Positions 52,434 to 64,000 of a stretch of DNA of 64,000 nucleotides are shown here, in pieces; position 1 is the first letter of the stretch, and each line of letters opens with the position of its first letter. The notes under the pieces are model-generated. The model ran no database searches. It had not been told where the DNA came from and worked only from the letters and a program-made list of their open reading frames with translations. Source of the stretch: Eledone cirrhosa (taxonomy: Eukaryota); assembly GCA_964016885.1 (NCBI GenBank), contig OZ024741.1:157542001-157606000 (forward strand), written 5' to 3'. The position numbers and the translations under genes are program-made.

Positions 52434-52621
52434 AATAAACCTTTTAAGGAACTACACCAGTCCAGCCTCCTGTTATTTTATAATAATTAACTCCGTACTC
52501 GCACCACCAACAACACAAACGAAGACGGGTGAGTTGCATTACGTTGAGTGCTCTTCATAATATTACATCGAGGTTGACCATACAGAATGACCAGTTCTAT
52601 CCAGTGGTGAACCAACAAACC

Positions 52622-54764
52622 TGTAGCGGTTGTCTCCCTTGTTTTGATTGGGATCTAGACGGGAGGTAGAACCCTTTCTGCAACTTCCGGTCAGAGCCCT
52701 ATAAAACTAACAACTTTAAGCTTTCTAACTCTCTTTGCCTTTTCGGCACCAGGTCAAGAGCCTCTCATTTGGCTCTGCCATTAATTTGGCCAACAGGCGC
52801 CTGGCCTTAGCCAGGCGTCCTCTGCCAGCCGCGTTTGCCTGGCAATCAAAACGGTAACTACTAACTTTGTTTCATTCTAACATCTATCTTTGACATGTCA
52901 AGTATACTATCTACCATTGTTAATTAAATATTATACACCAAACCATGTATTCCTTGTTACATTCATACAACCCAGCATTTTCGCTATATTGGTAACCCTG
53001 ACGTGATACGAACACGCAGCCGTTCATCGCTATAAGTGGTCACCCCGCCAAAAAAAGAAAAAAATAGCACATCTGGTTTTGTGAGTAACATTACGAATAC
53101 ACAGCAAATTTAGCGACAAACTATGAAAATACTCAAGGACACGCACACACGCACATGTGGAATTCGCACAGACAGACTTTTTCTCTCACGCATCAATTAA
53201 CTGTCGCATTTCACCAATATATATATATGTTTCTCGTTTCTTACAACGAACACTTTCAAAACAAAAAAAAACAAAAAAACATTTCACGATATATATATAT
53301 GTTTCTCGTTTCTTACAACGAACTCTTTCAAAACACACAAAAAAAAAAAAGAAATTTGATATTCTTTAAAAAACATTTCAACAGGAACATTTATTTTCGA
53401 TGAACCATTGCCTTTTTGTTCATCGTTTTCTTCATCGTTCAAGTTTTTTGTTTTTTTTCCAAAGTTCACACCAATAATTATGCTGAGTGAAGCCTTTCTT
53501 TTTCATCATTGTCACTTTCAAAATTGCACTATCATTTTCTCGCGCGTTAGAAATATTATTTTTTTCAACCTTGTATTGGCACGTGTAGGCAGCACAAATT
53601 CTCGATTCACAGAGATGTCTCTACACACAGACATAGCCGCACGCCAGAGATAACATTTCTCGCCAAGGATTCTTCAGCCTTAAGCTATATTCTTCTATTT
53701 GCCGGTTTATAAATTTACAATGTAAATTTACCGTTGATAACCGCGCATTTATTAAGAATGCTTATTTCTCTGGTCGCTGGCCTCTTGACCCTTCCAGGTC
53801 AACGCATTCTCAACATCGACCATCAACTTCGGCTGCTATTTCTAGCACTTTGCGCAACTCATTTTTTCTATAAAAAAAAATAAAAAAATAAAAATTCTTT
53901 TTTTTTTACTGTGAATTTAAACACCGAATACGCTCACTCAGCGAGACAACAGCAGCAGCAGCAATACATCAACACAGCTTCACCAACAACCAGCAGAACG
54001 CCAGAGAATTTATTTTTGCAGCACTCTCCCTGTGAGAAAATCCATTCGGAGGTTGGAAATTTCACGATATACCACAGAACAGAGACCACCTGCATTCATT
54101 CTCTGGAACACACTTTCTTTCCTGCTGTCATGTGATTGCACACCTGTGAACTATATTTTGTACATTTGAACTTTGAGCTCTTCTATTACTTTTACTTTAT
54201 TACATTGTATCTTTGGGTGATGGATAGATGGATGTCCAGTCGTTCTCTGGCCAAGAGCGGTTGACTACCTTGATATCTATCATTGATTTTTCCAAACATT
54301 CTTTTGTCGTAATTTTCATGCCTGTTACAACATTCTCGCCAACTTGCCACATATTTTCATTTCGATTTTTATACACTAAAATTCTGGCGGGAGGTTATGT
54401 AGCGGTTGTCTCCCTTGTTTTGATTGGGATCTAGACGGGAGGTAGAACCCTTTCTGCAACTTCCGGTCAGAGCCCTATAAAACTAACAACTTTAAGCTTT
54501 CTAACTCTCTTTGCCTTTTCGGCACCAGGTCAAGAGCCTCTCATTTGGCTCTGCCATTAATTTGGCCAACAGGCGCCTGGCCTTAGCCAGGCGTCCTCTG
54601 CCAGCCGCGTTTGCCTGGCAATCAAAACGGTAACTACTAACTTTGTTTCATTCTAACATCTATCTTTGACATGTCAAGTATACTATTTACCATTGTTAAT
54701 TAAATATTATACACCAAACCATGTATTCCTTGTTACATTCATACAACCCAGTAATTTCGCTATA
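52622..54764 (+). mobile_element. Complete non-autonomous LTR retrotransposon (Gypsy-type cis signals)
   Basis: 367-bp LTRs at 52622-52988 and 54398-54764 (TGTAGCG..CGCTATA). PBS TGGTAACCCTGACGTGAT resembles the tRNA-Trp complement. PPT-like GGCGGGAGG. 4-bp TSD AACC. Confidence 0.88.
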
Positions 54765-54780
54765 AACCTAAATAAATAAA

Positions 54781-54837
<57 letters not shown>

Positions 54838-55292
54838 TCTTGACTGAGTCCCGATACAGGCAAACAACAATTCACAAGATGTGTTTCAACTGAATATCCA
54901 AGCAGTCATTCCAGTTAGTTATAAAAAAAAAGTCTATGTTAGTAGCATGACATAGTCGTTCATTATATCAGTTGATCCAGCTTGTTATTATGTTGTTTCT
55001 CCCTATTTTTTCTTGTTGTCCTGCTTCTTTTGGTTTTCAGTATCCATGCTTGCATCATGGATTAGCTTCAGTCATCAATATAATGCCTTCAGCAGCGAAG
55101 AATGCTGCTTTTTATCAAAATATCCTTGATTTTGTCCTTATATCTCAAGAGAGAGTATCCTACAAGTCAAACACCATCCTCAAGCTCACCAAAAGAAGTT
55201 TCTTTACAGGTCTACAATCATCCATCTTGCAAACTGATTACTGTAGCTCTATTGAACATTATCACATGGAGCTGTTGTATTTCTGTATTTAA

Positions 55293-55681
55293 CCCTTTAG
55301 CATTTAAACCAGCTGTATCTGACCAGAATTCTCCCAGCTCTCACTGTTCAAACCAGCCATAACTGGCCACTCATACTGATGTTAAGGTATTGTTCTCAAA
55401 ATAAATAATATCAAAATCTCATAGATTCAATATCAATGCAATAATCACATGAGGTAAAGTGTTTACTGTGAAAATAATTGTTTCTACTTTAGGCACAAGG
55501 CTAGCAATTACCCAGTGCATTACTGGTACTTTATTTTATCGACCCCGTAAGGATGAAAGGCAAAGTCAACCTCAGCGGGATTTGAACTCAGATCGTAAAG
55601 GGACGTAACTATGCTGGAAAGCATGGCGTCCAACCCTCTACCGATACTGCCAATTGTGAAAATAATGTAAATGCTAAAGGG
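55293..55681. mobile_element. piggyBac-type MITE with a nested SINE (family A, minus strand)
   Basis: TTAA|CCCTTTAGCATTTA..TAAATGCTAAAGGG|TTAA. The SINE is flanked by the 12-bp TSD TGTGAAAATAAT. Confidence 0.85.
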
Positions 55682-55936
55682 TTAAATGTGATATGTGCTT
55701 GCAACATTTCAAAAGTATTTGTATCTGCATCAACAGATTGGTTACATACCTTAGTTTCAGATCCTGTAAAACAGTGAAAGCTGGAATTGTTGGCTTAAAC
55801 TTTTAATCTGTGCTAATCATAAATATACATAAGTAACTGCCGTACTAAGAGTGAGAAATGAAATTTCGTTTCATTCTATTCCATTTATATATAAATAGAT
55901 ATGCATATATGTGTGTGTATGTGGTGTGTATGTGAT

Positions 55937-55998
<62 letters not shown>

Positions 55999-56701
55999 CT
56001 CTGTCTGCGTGTGTATATGTGATGTGCATGTGTGTGTGTGCCTGTGTGTGTGTGTGTGTGTGTATATGTGATGTGTATGTGTGTGTGCCTCTGTGTGTGT
56101 ATATGTGATGTGTATGTGTGTGTGCCTCTGTCTGTGTATATGTGATGTGTATGTGTGTGTGCCTCTGTGTGCGTGTGTATATGTGATGTGCATGTGTGTG
56201 TGCCTCTGTCTGTGTGTGTATATGTGATGTGTGTGTGTGTATATGTGATGTGTATGTGTGTGTGTGTGTATGTGATCGAATTACTAGATGAGGGGAAAGT
56301 GGTAGAGAAATAAAACCAGAAACTACTTGAAAAAGAAATGGACCCTGCAACAGTTATCGTTCTATAGAGGAATATCAATTAAGAGACATACAACGTCATT
56401 GTTGATTGTGCCGGTGTATGTGTGTGTGCCTATGTATGTATATGTGCCTGTGTGTGTGTATGTGATGTGTATGTGTGTGTGTGCCTGTGTGTGTGTGTGT
56501 AATAACTGTAACCCTATTGAACATTATCACATGGAGCCGTTATGTCTTTCTATATTTAAATGTGATACATGCTTGCAACATTTCAAAAATATTTATGTCT
56601 ACATCCACAGATTGATATATATCTGTTTCAGAAGATCCTGTAAAAGAGTGAAAGCTGAAATTTGTTTGCTTAAACATTTAATCTGTGCTAATAATAAATA
56701 T

Positions 56702-56825
<124 letters not shown>

Positions 56826-56834
56826 CTCTATCAC

Positions 56835-59830
56835 CTTGATAGAACGCATAGACAGAGCCCCGGTTACTGGAAGCTCAACTTGTCCTTGCCGGCAAGTAGA
56901 GCCTACAGGAATCGCATTAGTACGTTAGTTAAGGAACGGTTGACTGGAGCGATCGTCAACAGCAGGTGGTGGGTATCTCTAAAGAGAGAGATTAGAGTAG
57001 TCTCGATTGAATTTAGTAAGGTTCTAGCTGCGGATAGGAATAGGAAGGAAAGGGAGCTAATAGATAGAGTAGAAGAGGCAATTAGAAGCGGCGACGTGGC
57101 CAGAGTGCTAGCGTCGAGAACGGCTTTGAGCCAGTTTTTCGACGCGAAGCACGAAGGCTGCGTTGTCCGAAGTAAAATACGTGCTCTAGGGAACGAGGGG
57201 ACCAAAGCTGTTAGCTGGGCCCGCGTGACAGAGGCCAACAGTGGAACTAAATCCACCATCCGGTCTTTGCGAGACCTGGATGGTCGGGCGATTCTTGAGC
57301 CTAAGCAGATGTGTGAGGCCTTTCAAAGGCACTTTGCCCGACTGTTCGGGAGGGGCGGGGAGCCGGTTGGGAACGTGGACTTCGGTCCATACCTCGACGG
57401 CCTGCCGCGCCTCTCGGACAGGGAGGCGAAGTCCTGCGAGGAGCCGATTTCGGCCGCTGAGATAGAGGACGTGCTGAGCCAATGCGGCACACGCAAATCC
57501 CCGGGTCTCGATGGTCTTCCTTACGAATTATATCTAGCTATGCCGGACTTGTTCCCCGATCTCCTCGAGGCGGTCTACTGCAACTGGCAACAGAACGGGA
57601 GAATTCCCTGTACTGTGACCAAGGGCGTAGTCACGCTAGTGAGGAAGGACGAGAACAAGGGGGACGAAATAAGTAACTTCAGGCCCATAACTCTGCTAAA
57701 TACAGAGTTACAGATTTTGGCCAAGGTGCTAGCAAAGAGGTTGGCGCTTGTCGTGGGCAACCTGGTGGGAGATGCGCAGACATGCGCTATCCCGTCCAGG
57801 TCCATCCATGACAACCTCCACCTCATGCGATACATCATAGAGAGGGTTGGGAACGAACCCGGCTTTGGTGGGGCTCTGATCAACTTGGATCAATCTAAGG
57901 CGTTCGATAGGGTCGACCATGGTTACCTGGATGCGGTGCTAGCGGCGGCAGGCTTCGGACCCGTTTTCAGGGGCTGGATCACTGCTATGCACAGCAGCCG
58001 CATCTGCTCTAGGGTCAAGGTGAACGGCTACCTCTCGGAGCCGTTCAAAATCGCGCGGTCCATCCGACAAGGGTGCCCTCTCTCCTCCCTTCTGTATGTG
58101 TTGACTCTCGAGCCACTACTGCGGAAGTTGGAGTTGTTGCAGGGCATCCCTTTGGAACCGGGATTGCGGAAAGCGGTGTCAGCCTACGCCGATGACGTGA
58201 CAGTAATGGTGTCGACGGCCTCCGAAATCGAGGCGGTCGGCACCTTACTGGAGGAGTACGAAAAGTTCACAGGGGCTAAGCTGAACCGGGACAAGTCGAT
58301 CGGTTTGCAACTCGGCACGTGGAGGGGCAGACCGATGCCCTCCGATGGCGTCGTCGGACGCTGGACGGAGGGCTCGGTGAAGTTGCTCGGGGTCTGGTTC
58401 GGACCGGACCTCCAGATTGAGAAAAACTGGGCGGAGGTTACGAACAGGGTGTTTGCACTGACCCAGAAGTGGGCCAGTTGCAAACTATCCCTGAAAGGTC
58501 GGGCGGAGGTGGCGAACACTTATATAGCGTCCGTCATCTACTACCGCCTGACCGTAGTGCCCTGCCCAAGGGAAACCCTCACCAAGATGGAGCGCGCGCT
58601 CTTCCAATTCCTTTGGAAGAGGCGGGCTCCTATGGTGAGGAGATCCATCTGCTGTCAACACCCTTCGAAAGGAGGGCTGGGGATGCCGTGGCTAGTGATG
58701 CGTAAACACGCATTAAGGCTACGGCACCTCTACGTATTCCTCACCGGACAACCGGTGTGGGCCTCGTTTGTGAGACGAACCTTTCCCAGACTCGTCTCAC
58801 TCACCGAGCTGCAATCCTGGGTCAAGCAAAGACCGAGAAAACTGGGCGCCTGGCACACTGAGTGTGCCCAGGCGCTCACCGCCCTCTGGCAGGCGGATCC
58901 GGTTATCAGTGGAGACTCCACCGCAACATTCTATAGAGAGCTGGTACGCAGCAAGTTCCGACGACGCCCTCGGAGAAGCCCTAGACATGGAGGAAGACGA
59001 ACTGGCCAGCCTGTTCGGTAGGACATTCAGCCCGGGACCTATGGACAACTTCCAGAAGTCCCTGGCCTGGCAGTGCTACCGAGGGGCTTTACCCGTTCGA
59101 GAAAGGCTCTACAGACACGGGCGCCCGGGTAGGGACCCCGCCAAAAAGATCTGTCCCAGATGCGTGTGCGACGAGGAAACCGTTGCACACGCATTGGTAC
59201 ACTGCTCGGGCGTAGCCGATCTGTGGGGCTATGTCGAACAACTGCTGTCAAGGGTGGGACCGATCCGGTTGACCACCGAGTCTATTGTAATGATCAAGCC
59301 GCCTCCCCCCTTCAAAGATGAAGCAGAGGCGGTGTTTCTGTGCGTAATAGCCATGGCGAAAGAGGTTGTATGGTGGACGCGTCTGAAAGGACTGAGGTCA
59401 GGCACCTTTCTCTCTGGCCAACAACTGGTCCGTTTCTTCCGATATCATTTCGGAAGAAGGATCAGGATGGAGAGAGAGGTGTTGCACCCCAGTCGTTTTT
59501 ATGAAAGGTGGGTGAAAGTGGCGAGAATGGCCCGTGTGAATGGGCCTTCTCTTTACATAAGCCTGTAGGTGGAAAAGAGGAAGGAACGAGGGAGCACCCC
59601 CTCTCTGTGCTCCTGAGGAAAAGGGTTGCACACTTTTTTCGGGGGTGTGTGCGACCCCCCAAGGCGCCTCCTCTCTATTGAGGATTTTGTTATAAATTTT
59701 ATTTTTTGTTATATCTTATTTTATTTTTATATTTTGTTATTGCCTCCTCCTTATTGAGGACGCCTTTTTGTGTAAACTCCCCCCTTTGTACTTGTCCCAC
59801 TTTTGATGCCCTAGTGGCAAATAAAAGAAA
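56835..59830 (+). mobile_element. Tx1/L1-clade LINE, 5'-truncated, in (TC)n/(TATC)n, frameshift near 58950
   Basis: PGYWKLN, KSPGLDGLPYE, NFRPITLLN, DQSKAFDRV, RQGCPLS, AYADD. C-terminal CPRC..EETVAHALVHC. 3' end AATAAAAGAAA. Confidence 0.92.
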
Positions 59831-60027
59831 CATATCTATCTCTATCTCTCGCTCTCTTTACTGGGCATTCTTTCTGTTTCTCCATTGTGATCCTGTCTCT
59901 AGTTGTACTCTTGAAGAAAGGCTTAAGCACGACACGTCAAACTTTTTTTCCTCTTTCCAATATAAAGCGTGAAACTAATAAGACTTTTTGTACCTCTGTT
60001 TGTTGTCTCCTTGAACTATATATATAT

Positions 60028-60078
<51 letters not shown>

Positions 60079-60087
60079 ATATATATA

Positions 60088-61395
60088 CAGGGTGTAAACG
60101 ATATTTGTTCGCAATTTTCAACTGCTAATTTTATGCAAATTTTTTTTTACTTCCGTTGTCACTCTTGTCTTCATAAAAACAGTGACTATATTTCCATTAT
60201 TTATTTTCAGAATAATTGATTATGAATAATTTTGAACCTTCAAATTTGTGGAAGAGACACGGAGTTCTTCTTGGAATCCGCGTCGGGAGGACAAATAAGA
60301 AATTTTCAGACTTTCTCAGCGTCAGCAGGAGAATGGTGGAAAAGGTCAGAAAGGAACTGAAAGATTCAGGGTTCGACTACGAAGCAACATCAGAGAGGAA
60401 AACACATGATCGACGATCTGACGCCTTCAGAACGCCCAAGTTCGTCGCTGAAGTTCAGGATATCATCAACAATGAACCTAGCAAGTCGATGCGTGCCATT
60501 ACAAGGGAGAAAGGCGTGGATGAAAAGCTCATTAGGCTGGTGGTACATGAAGATATTCGCTACGTTTCATACAAGATGAGGAAAGGACAATTTCTGTCAA
60601 AGGCGATGCAAGAAAAGCGACTGAAGCACGCAAAGAAGCTGATCAACAAGTTGAAACACCCACTGGAGCCAGACATGCTGTGGTTTTTCTCCGACGAGAA
60701 AAACTTCTGCCAAGACCAAAAGATCAACTCCCAGAACAACAGGTGGCTCGCTGTCTCATCCGAAGACGTGCCCAGAGTCATGCAGACAAAGTTTCCAGCG
60801 ACAATATTGGTCTTAGGTGTCGTCAGCAGTCAAGGTGACGTCATGCCACCTCACTTCTTCACCTGAGGGCCTCAAGCTGAACACCGATGGCTACATCCGC
60901 GTTCTGAGCGAGGTAGTAAAGCCCTGGATCGACCAGGTAGCTGCAGGTAGGCCGTACGTGTGGCAACAAGACTCAGCGCCCTGCCATACCAGCCGAAAGA
61001 CCCAAGCCTGACTGTCAGAGAACTTCGTCGACCACACGTTACCTGACATCTGGCCTCCCAGCTCACCTGACTGCAACCCCTTCGACTTCTTTGTGTGGGG
61101 CGCAGTGGAACGAGACACAACAGACCTAGTTGCAATACTAAAGACGATCTGAAGGCCAGGATCACAAGTGCCTTTAGGGGCCTAAGTCGGGGGACAGTGA
61201 CAAATGCCTGTAGCCGGTTCCGAGGCCGCCTTGAGGCCGTCATCAAAGCCAATGGCGGGTTTATCGAGTGAGATCGAAAGAACAAGTCATGAAGACAAAC
61301 TGACCCAAGTTTGATAAATATATCTTAAAAAATAAAACTACTTTGTTATATTTTCCTAGACAGTAATCTTGCAAACAAATATCGTCCGCACCCTG
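60088..61395 (+). mobile_element. Tc1/mariner superfamily DD37D (maT) transposon, full length but disrupted
   Basis: TIRs CAGGGTGTAAACGATATTTGTT / AACAAATATCGTCCGCACCCTG within TA repeats. Catalytic motifs FSDEK, WQQDSAPCH and SPDCNPFD, with 37 aa between D2 and D3. Two frameshifts and one TGA. Confidence 0.9.
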
Positions 61396-61445
<50 letters not shown>

Positions 61446-61447
61446 AT

Positions 61448-61650
61448 AATAACATTAATAAAGATGCTGATGTTACATAAATCGCTTATTCATTATAATT
61501 ATTTCAACGGTTCTCCCATGCATCTGAGTATACCGTTCTGATAACAACAACAAATGCATGAATTTCATCTTGATTGCATGGGAGAGCCGTTGAAATAATT
61601 ACAATGAATAAACGATTTATGTAACATCAGCATCTTTATTAATGTTATTA
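61448..61650. repeat. ~200-bp foldback next to (TA)n
   Basis: aataacattaataaagatgctgatgttacataaatcg pairs with cgatttatgtaacatcagcatctttattaatgttatt. Confidence 0.85.
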
Positions 61651-62365
61651 TTTTACTGAATCTCCATCGTAACTACAAACTCCTGTTTTTACCAAAACAA
61701 TCTCTTCAGAACATATATATATATATATGATTATTTAATTTATTAATTCTTCATTGAGCCACATCGTGAATGGTTGCCAAAACACATATATATCTATGAC
61801 TTTGTTTAATTGGTGTATATGTAAATCTTTATATTTAATAATCTCCCATAAGGTTGAGATGCAATTTGGGCAATATTGGGCTGCACTTTAGCAACCAACC
61901 CACTCACCGTAAGCAACCAATCACACTCTTTCTGACTTGACCACTGCCACGTCACAATTCTTAGCCATTTTGAATTCGTGTTTGGCGGGGGCCACTTCAG
62001 AAAATAATCTGTCCTAGTGAGTTTGTCTCCTGACGAGTTCGAAGCTCGAGATTTATCCTTAATAGGATATCTCAAAATGAGAACGAAATCCAAGGGTAGG
62101 GACATATCCTGGTATGTATATAAGCATTTATAACTTTAATTTTATACCTAATTGTGTATGGTTGACCGTATATTTAATTAATTTCCACGTGCTGTTGAAA
62201 TGTTGGGTAAATATTCTTTAGCGGTTGGCCGCGAAGAGGCTGCTATTGTTTAATTATTTACTGTTTCTTCATAGGTGCCTTTTAATCTTATAGCCTGGTC
62301 TAATTGATTTGTTGGTCTAAATGATGTATATATATTATCAAATGATTCTATGGACATACTTTATA

Positions 62366-62453
<88 letters not shown>

Positions 62454-63083
62454 GATTAATTAAAGTTTAACTAGTCTCTAATACTTAAACATCTCAATGA
62501 AAAGAATCTCTCAGAGGAACAATATTATATATTAAAATTAAGTGAGAAAAATCTCTATTTATGAGAGTACAAACAAGATAGACAAGTCTGGTACAACTTG
62601 ACAAATTAAGGTGCAGTTTAATATTAACTAAAGATTAATTTATCAAGTTTTACTAGACGGTCTTTTGGCTGCTATTTCTAGTGACATTATAAGCCAGTCA
62701 CATAGTCCTAATATGCTAGTTGATTTTGATAATGAAACACTACGCATGTTTTTATTTTAGTATGCTGCCTCAGCAAATGGAACAGTATGTATGTAGAATT
62801 AAAACTCCCCTGAAGAGTATGGTGGATTCTGCAATTACTGGTGGATACAATAAGATTTATATATCAGTGAGTTTAGATAGAATATTTTTTGTCTATCTTG
62901 TTTGTACTCCCATAAATAGAGTTTTTTCTCTCTTAATTTTAATATATGATATATATATATATTGTTATACTTTGGGAGGGTCATGCTGCCAATAAAAACA
63001 CACACACCTGTTTGTTTTTACTTCAATTTATTATAAATCTCTGGTTGGTTGGTTGATTCAATAACAGGCTGGTTGTTTATATA

Positions 63084-63129
63084 TTGTCAAAACTCTTTCA
63101 TCACACACTCTGTGACCTCCTCAGTGACT
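63084..63129 (-). ncRNA. Minimal hammerhead motif (family H2)
   Basis: Minus strand: gtca CTGAGGA g gtcaca-gagtg-tgtgat GAAA gagttt tgac. Confidence 0.5.
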
Positions 63130-63526
63130 AGGTTTTTATTTTGTCTCTCTCCTTTGTTCTGTCCTACACCATCTTCTATATATGTATATATAGAATATGT
63201 GAGTCCCGGATTAAATCAGGGGTACCCACAGTAAGTAAGGTGTGCAATACATTAGTGAAGTATATACAACATTTAATATTGAAATGGCTTCTACAGTACT
63301 AGAACTGTTTCTGGATAAAGAAGTGCCAAGAAATACCAGTAGAAGGAAGACGCAGTAGAAGAAGGCCACGAAAAACATGGGCGGAGGTGGTGAGAGCTGA
63401 AGCTCACGGAGGAGATGACGAAGGACCGTGACAAGTGGAGAGATGCAGTGCTGAATAGGACCCGTCCCACCCTTGCAGGCAGGGAAAAGTGGGCGTAAAA
63501 ATGATGATGATGATGATATATATATA

Positions 63527-63810
63527 ACTGACAGTAATGGCTTATATATCATATTTTGGCAATATTTAATAACATGCTAAGCTATAAAGTATTACATTTA
63601 CAGCCTTGCTCTTCAATTCTTTAGTTTGGTCTATATATATATATGCATGCATATATGTGAGTGTGCATGAATGCTGTGCTCCAGCCTGGCTTTAACTGCA
63701 ATGAATAGACCAAACTAAAAGATTGAAGAGAAAGGCTGTTAATTTAATACTTTATAGCTTAATATGCTATTAAATATTGCCAAAATATGATATATAAGCC
63801 ATTAGTCAGT
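63527..63810. repeat. ~280-bp foldback
   Basis: taatggcttatatatcatattttggcaatatttaata..tttggtctat pairs with atagaccaaa..tattaaatattgccaaaatatgatatataagccatta. Confidence 0.85.
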
Positions 63811-63941
63811 AAGCCAAGTTATTGAAATATATGAAGGGCTTGATAACACTCAGAGTAGTAATATACCAAGTTGTATTAGTTAAACTATTACAGTACAGCT
63901 ATGTCATGAGGATGTATTTATTGCACTCTCGATTTCTTTCT

Positions 63942-64000
<59 letters not shown>

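Larger units (their letters stand above)
50438..52489 (+). mobile_element. Retrozyme-like non-coding element bounded by ~246-bp HHR-containing direct repeats
   Basis: 50438-50683 and 52244-52489 are highly similar and each contains a hammerhead motif. No long ORF lies between them. Confidence 0.6.

Noticed and set aside
54972-55292. 106-aa ORF as a host exon
   Set aside because: No recognisable domain, and it runs into repeat sequence.
61009-61011. In-frame TGA as selenocysteine or recoding in the transposase
   Set aside because: It most likely replaces a Trp codon (TGG>TGA), and the element also has frameshifts.
61800-62340. Possible decayed Penelope N-terminal coding fragment on the minus strand
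   Set aside because: Only vague similarity with multiple frameshifts; it cannot be supported without a search.

Overview
AT-rich eukaryotic (animal) genomic DNA made almost entirely of repeats. I could not support any host protein-coding gene. The repeat repertoire (CORE-type and other tRNA-derived SINEs, RTE/CR1/R4/Tx1 LINEs, long TA/CA/AAT microsatellites) suggests a coleoid cephalopod such as Octopus; this is inference only. Recognisable elements: CR1 and RTE LINE fragments, three R4/Dong-type RLE retrotransposons sitting in microsatellites, a CRE-like element, a Tx1/L1 element in (TC)n, a near-complete Penelope-like element (RT + GIY-YIG), a DD37D maT transposon, a hAT-Charlie element with TSD, piggyBac-type MITEs, a non-autonomous Helitron and a young non-coding LTR element with a tRNA-Trp PBS. 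The most striking unexplained structure is a set of at least five sequence families of minimal type-I hammerhead-ribozyme (HHR) motifs, all folded by eye. They occur in paired architectures: (i) a ~2-kb non-coding unit bounded by HHR-bearing ~246-bp direct repeats beside the Penelope element (retrozyme-like), (ii) an ~8.2-kb inverted repeat whose arms are 50-bp satellite arrays capped by outward-facing HHRs, and (iii) smaller HHR-bearing foldbacks inserted in (TA)n. Coordinates were read manually and may be off by a few bases.
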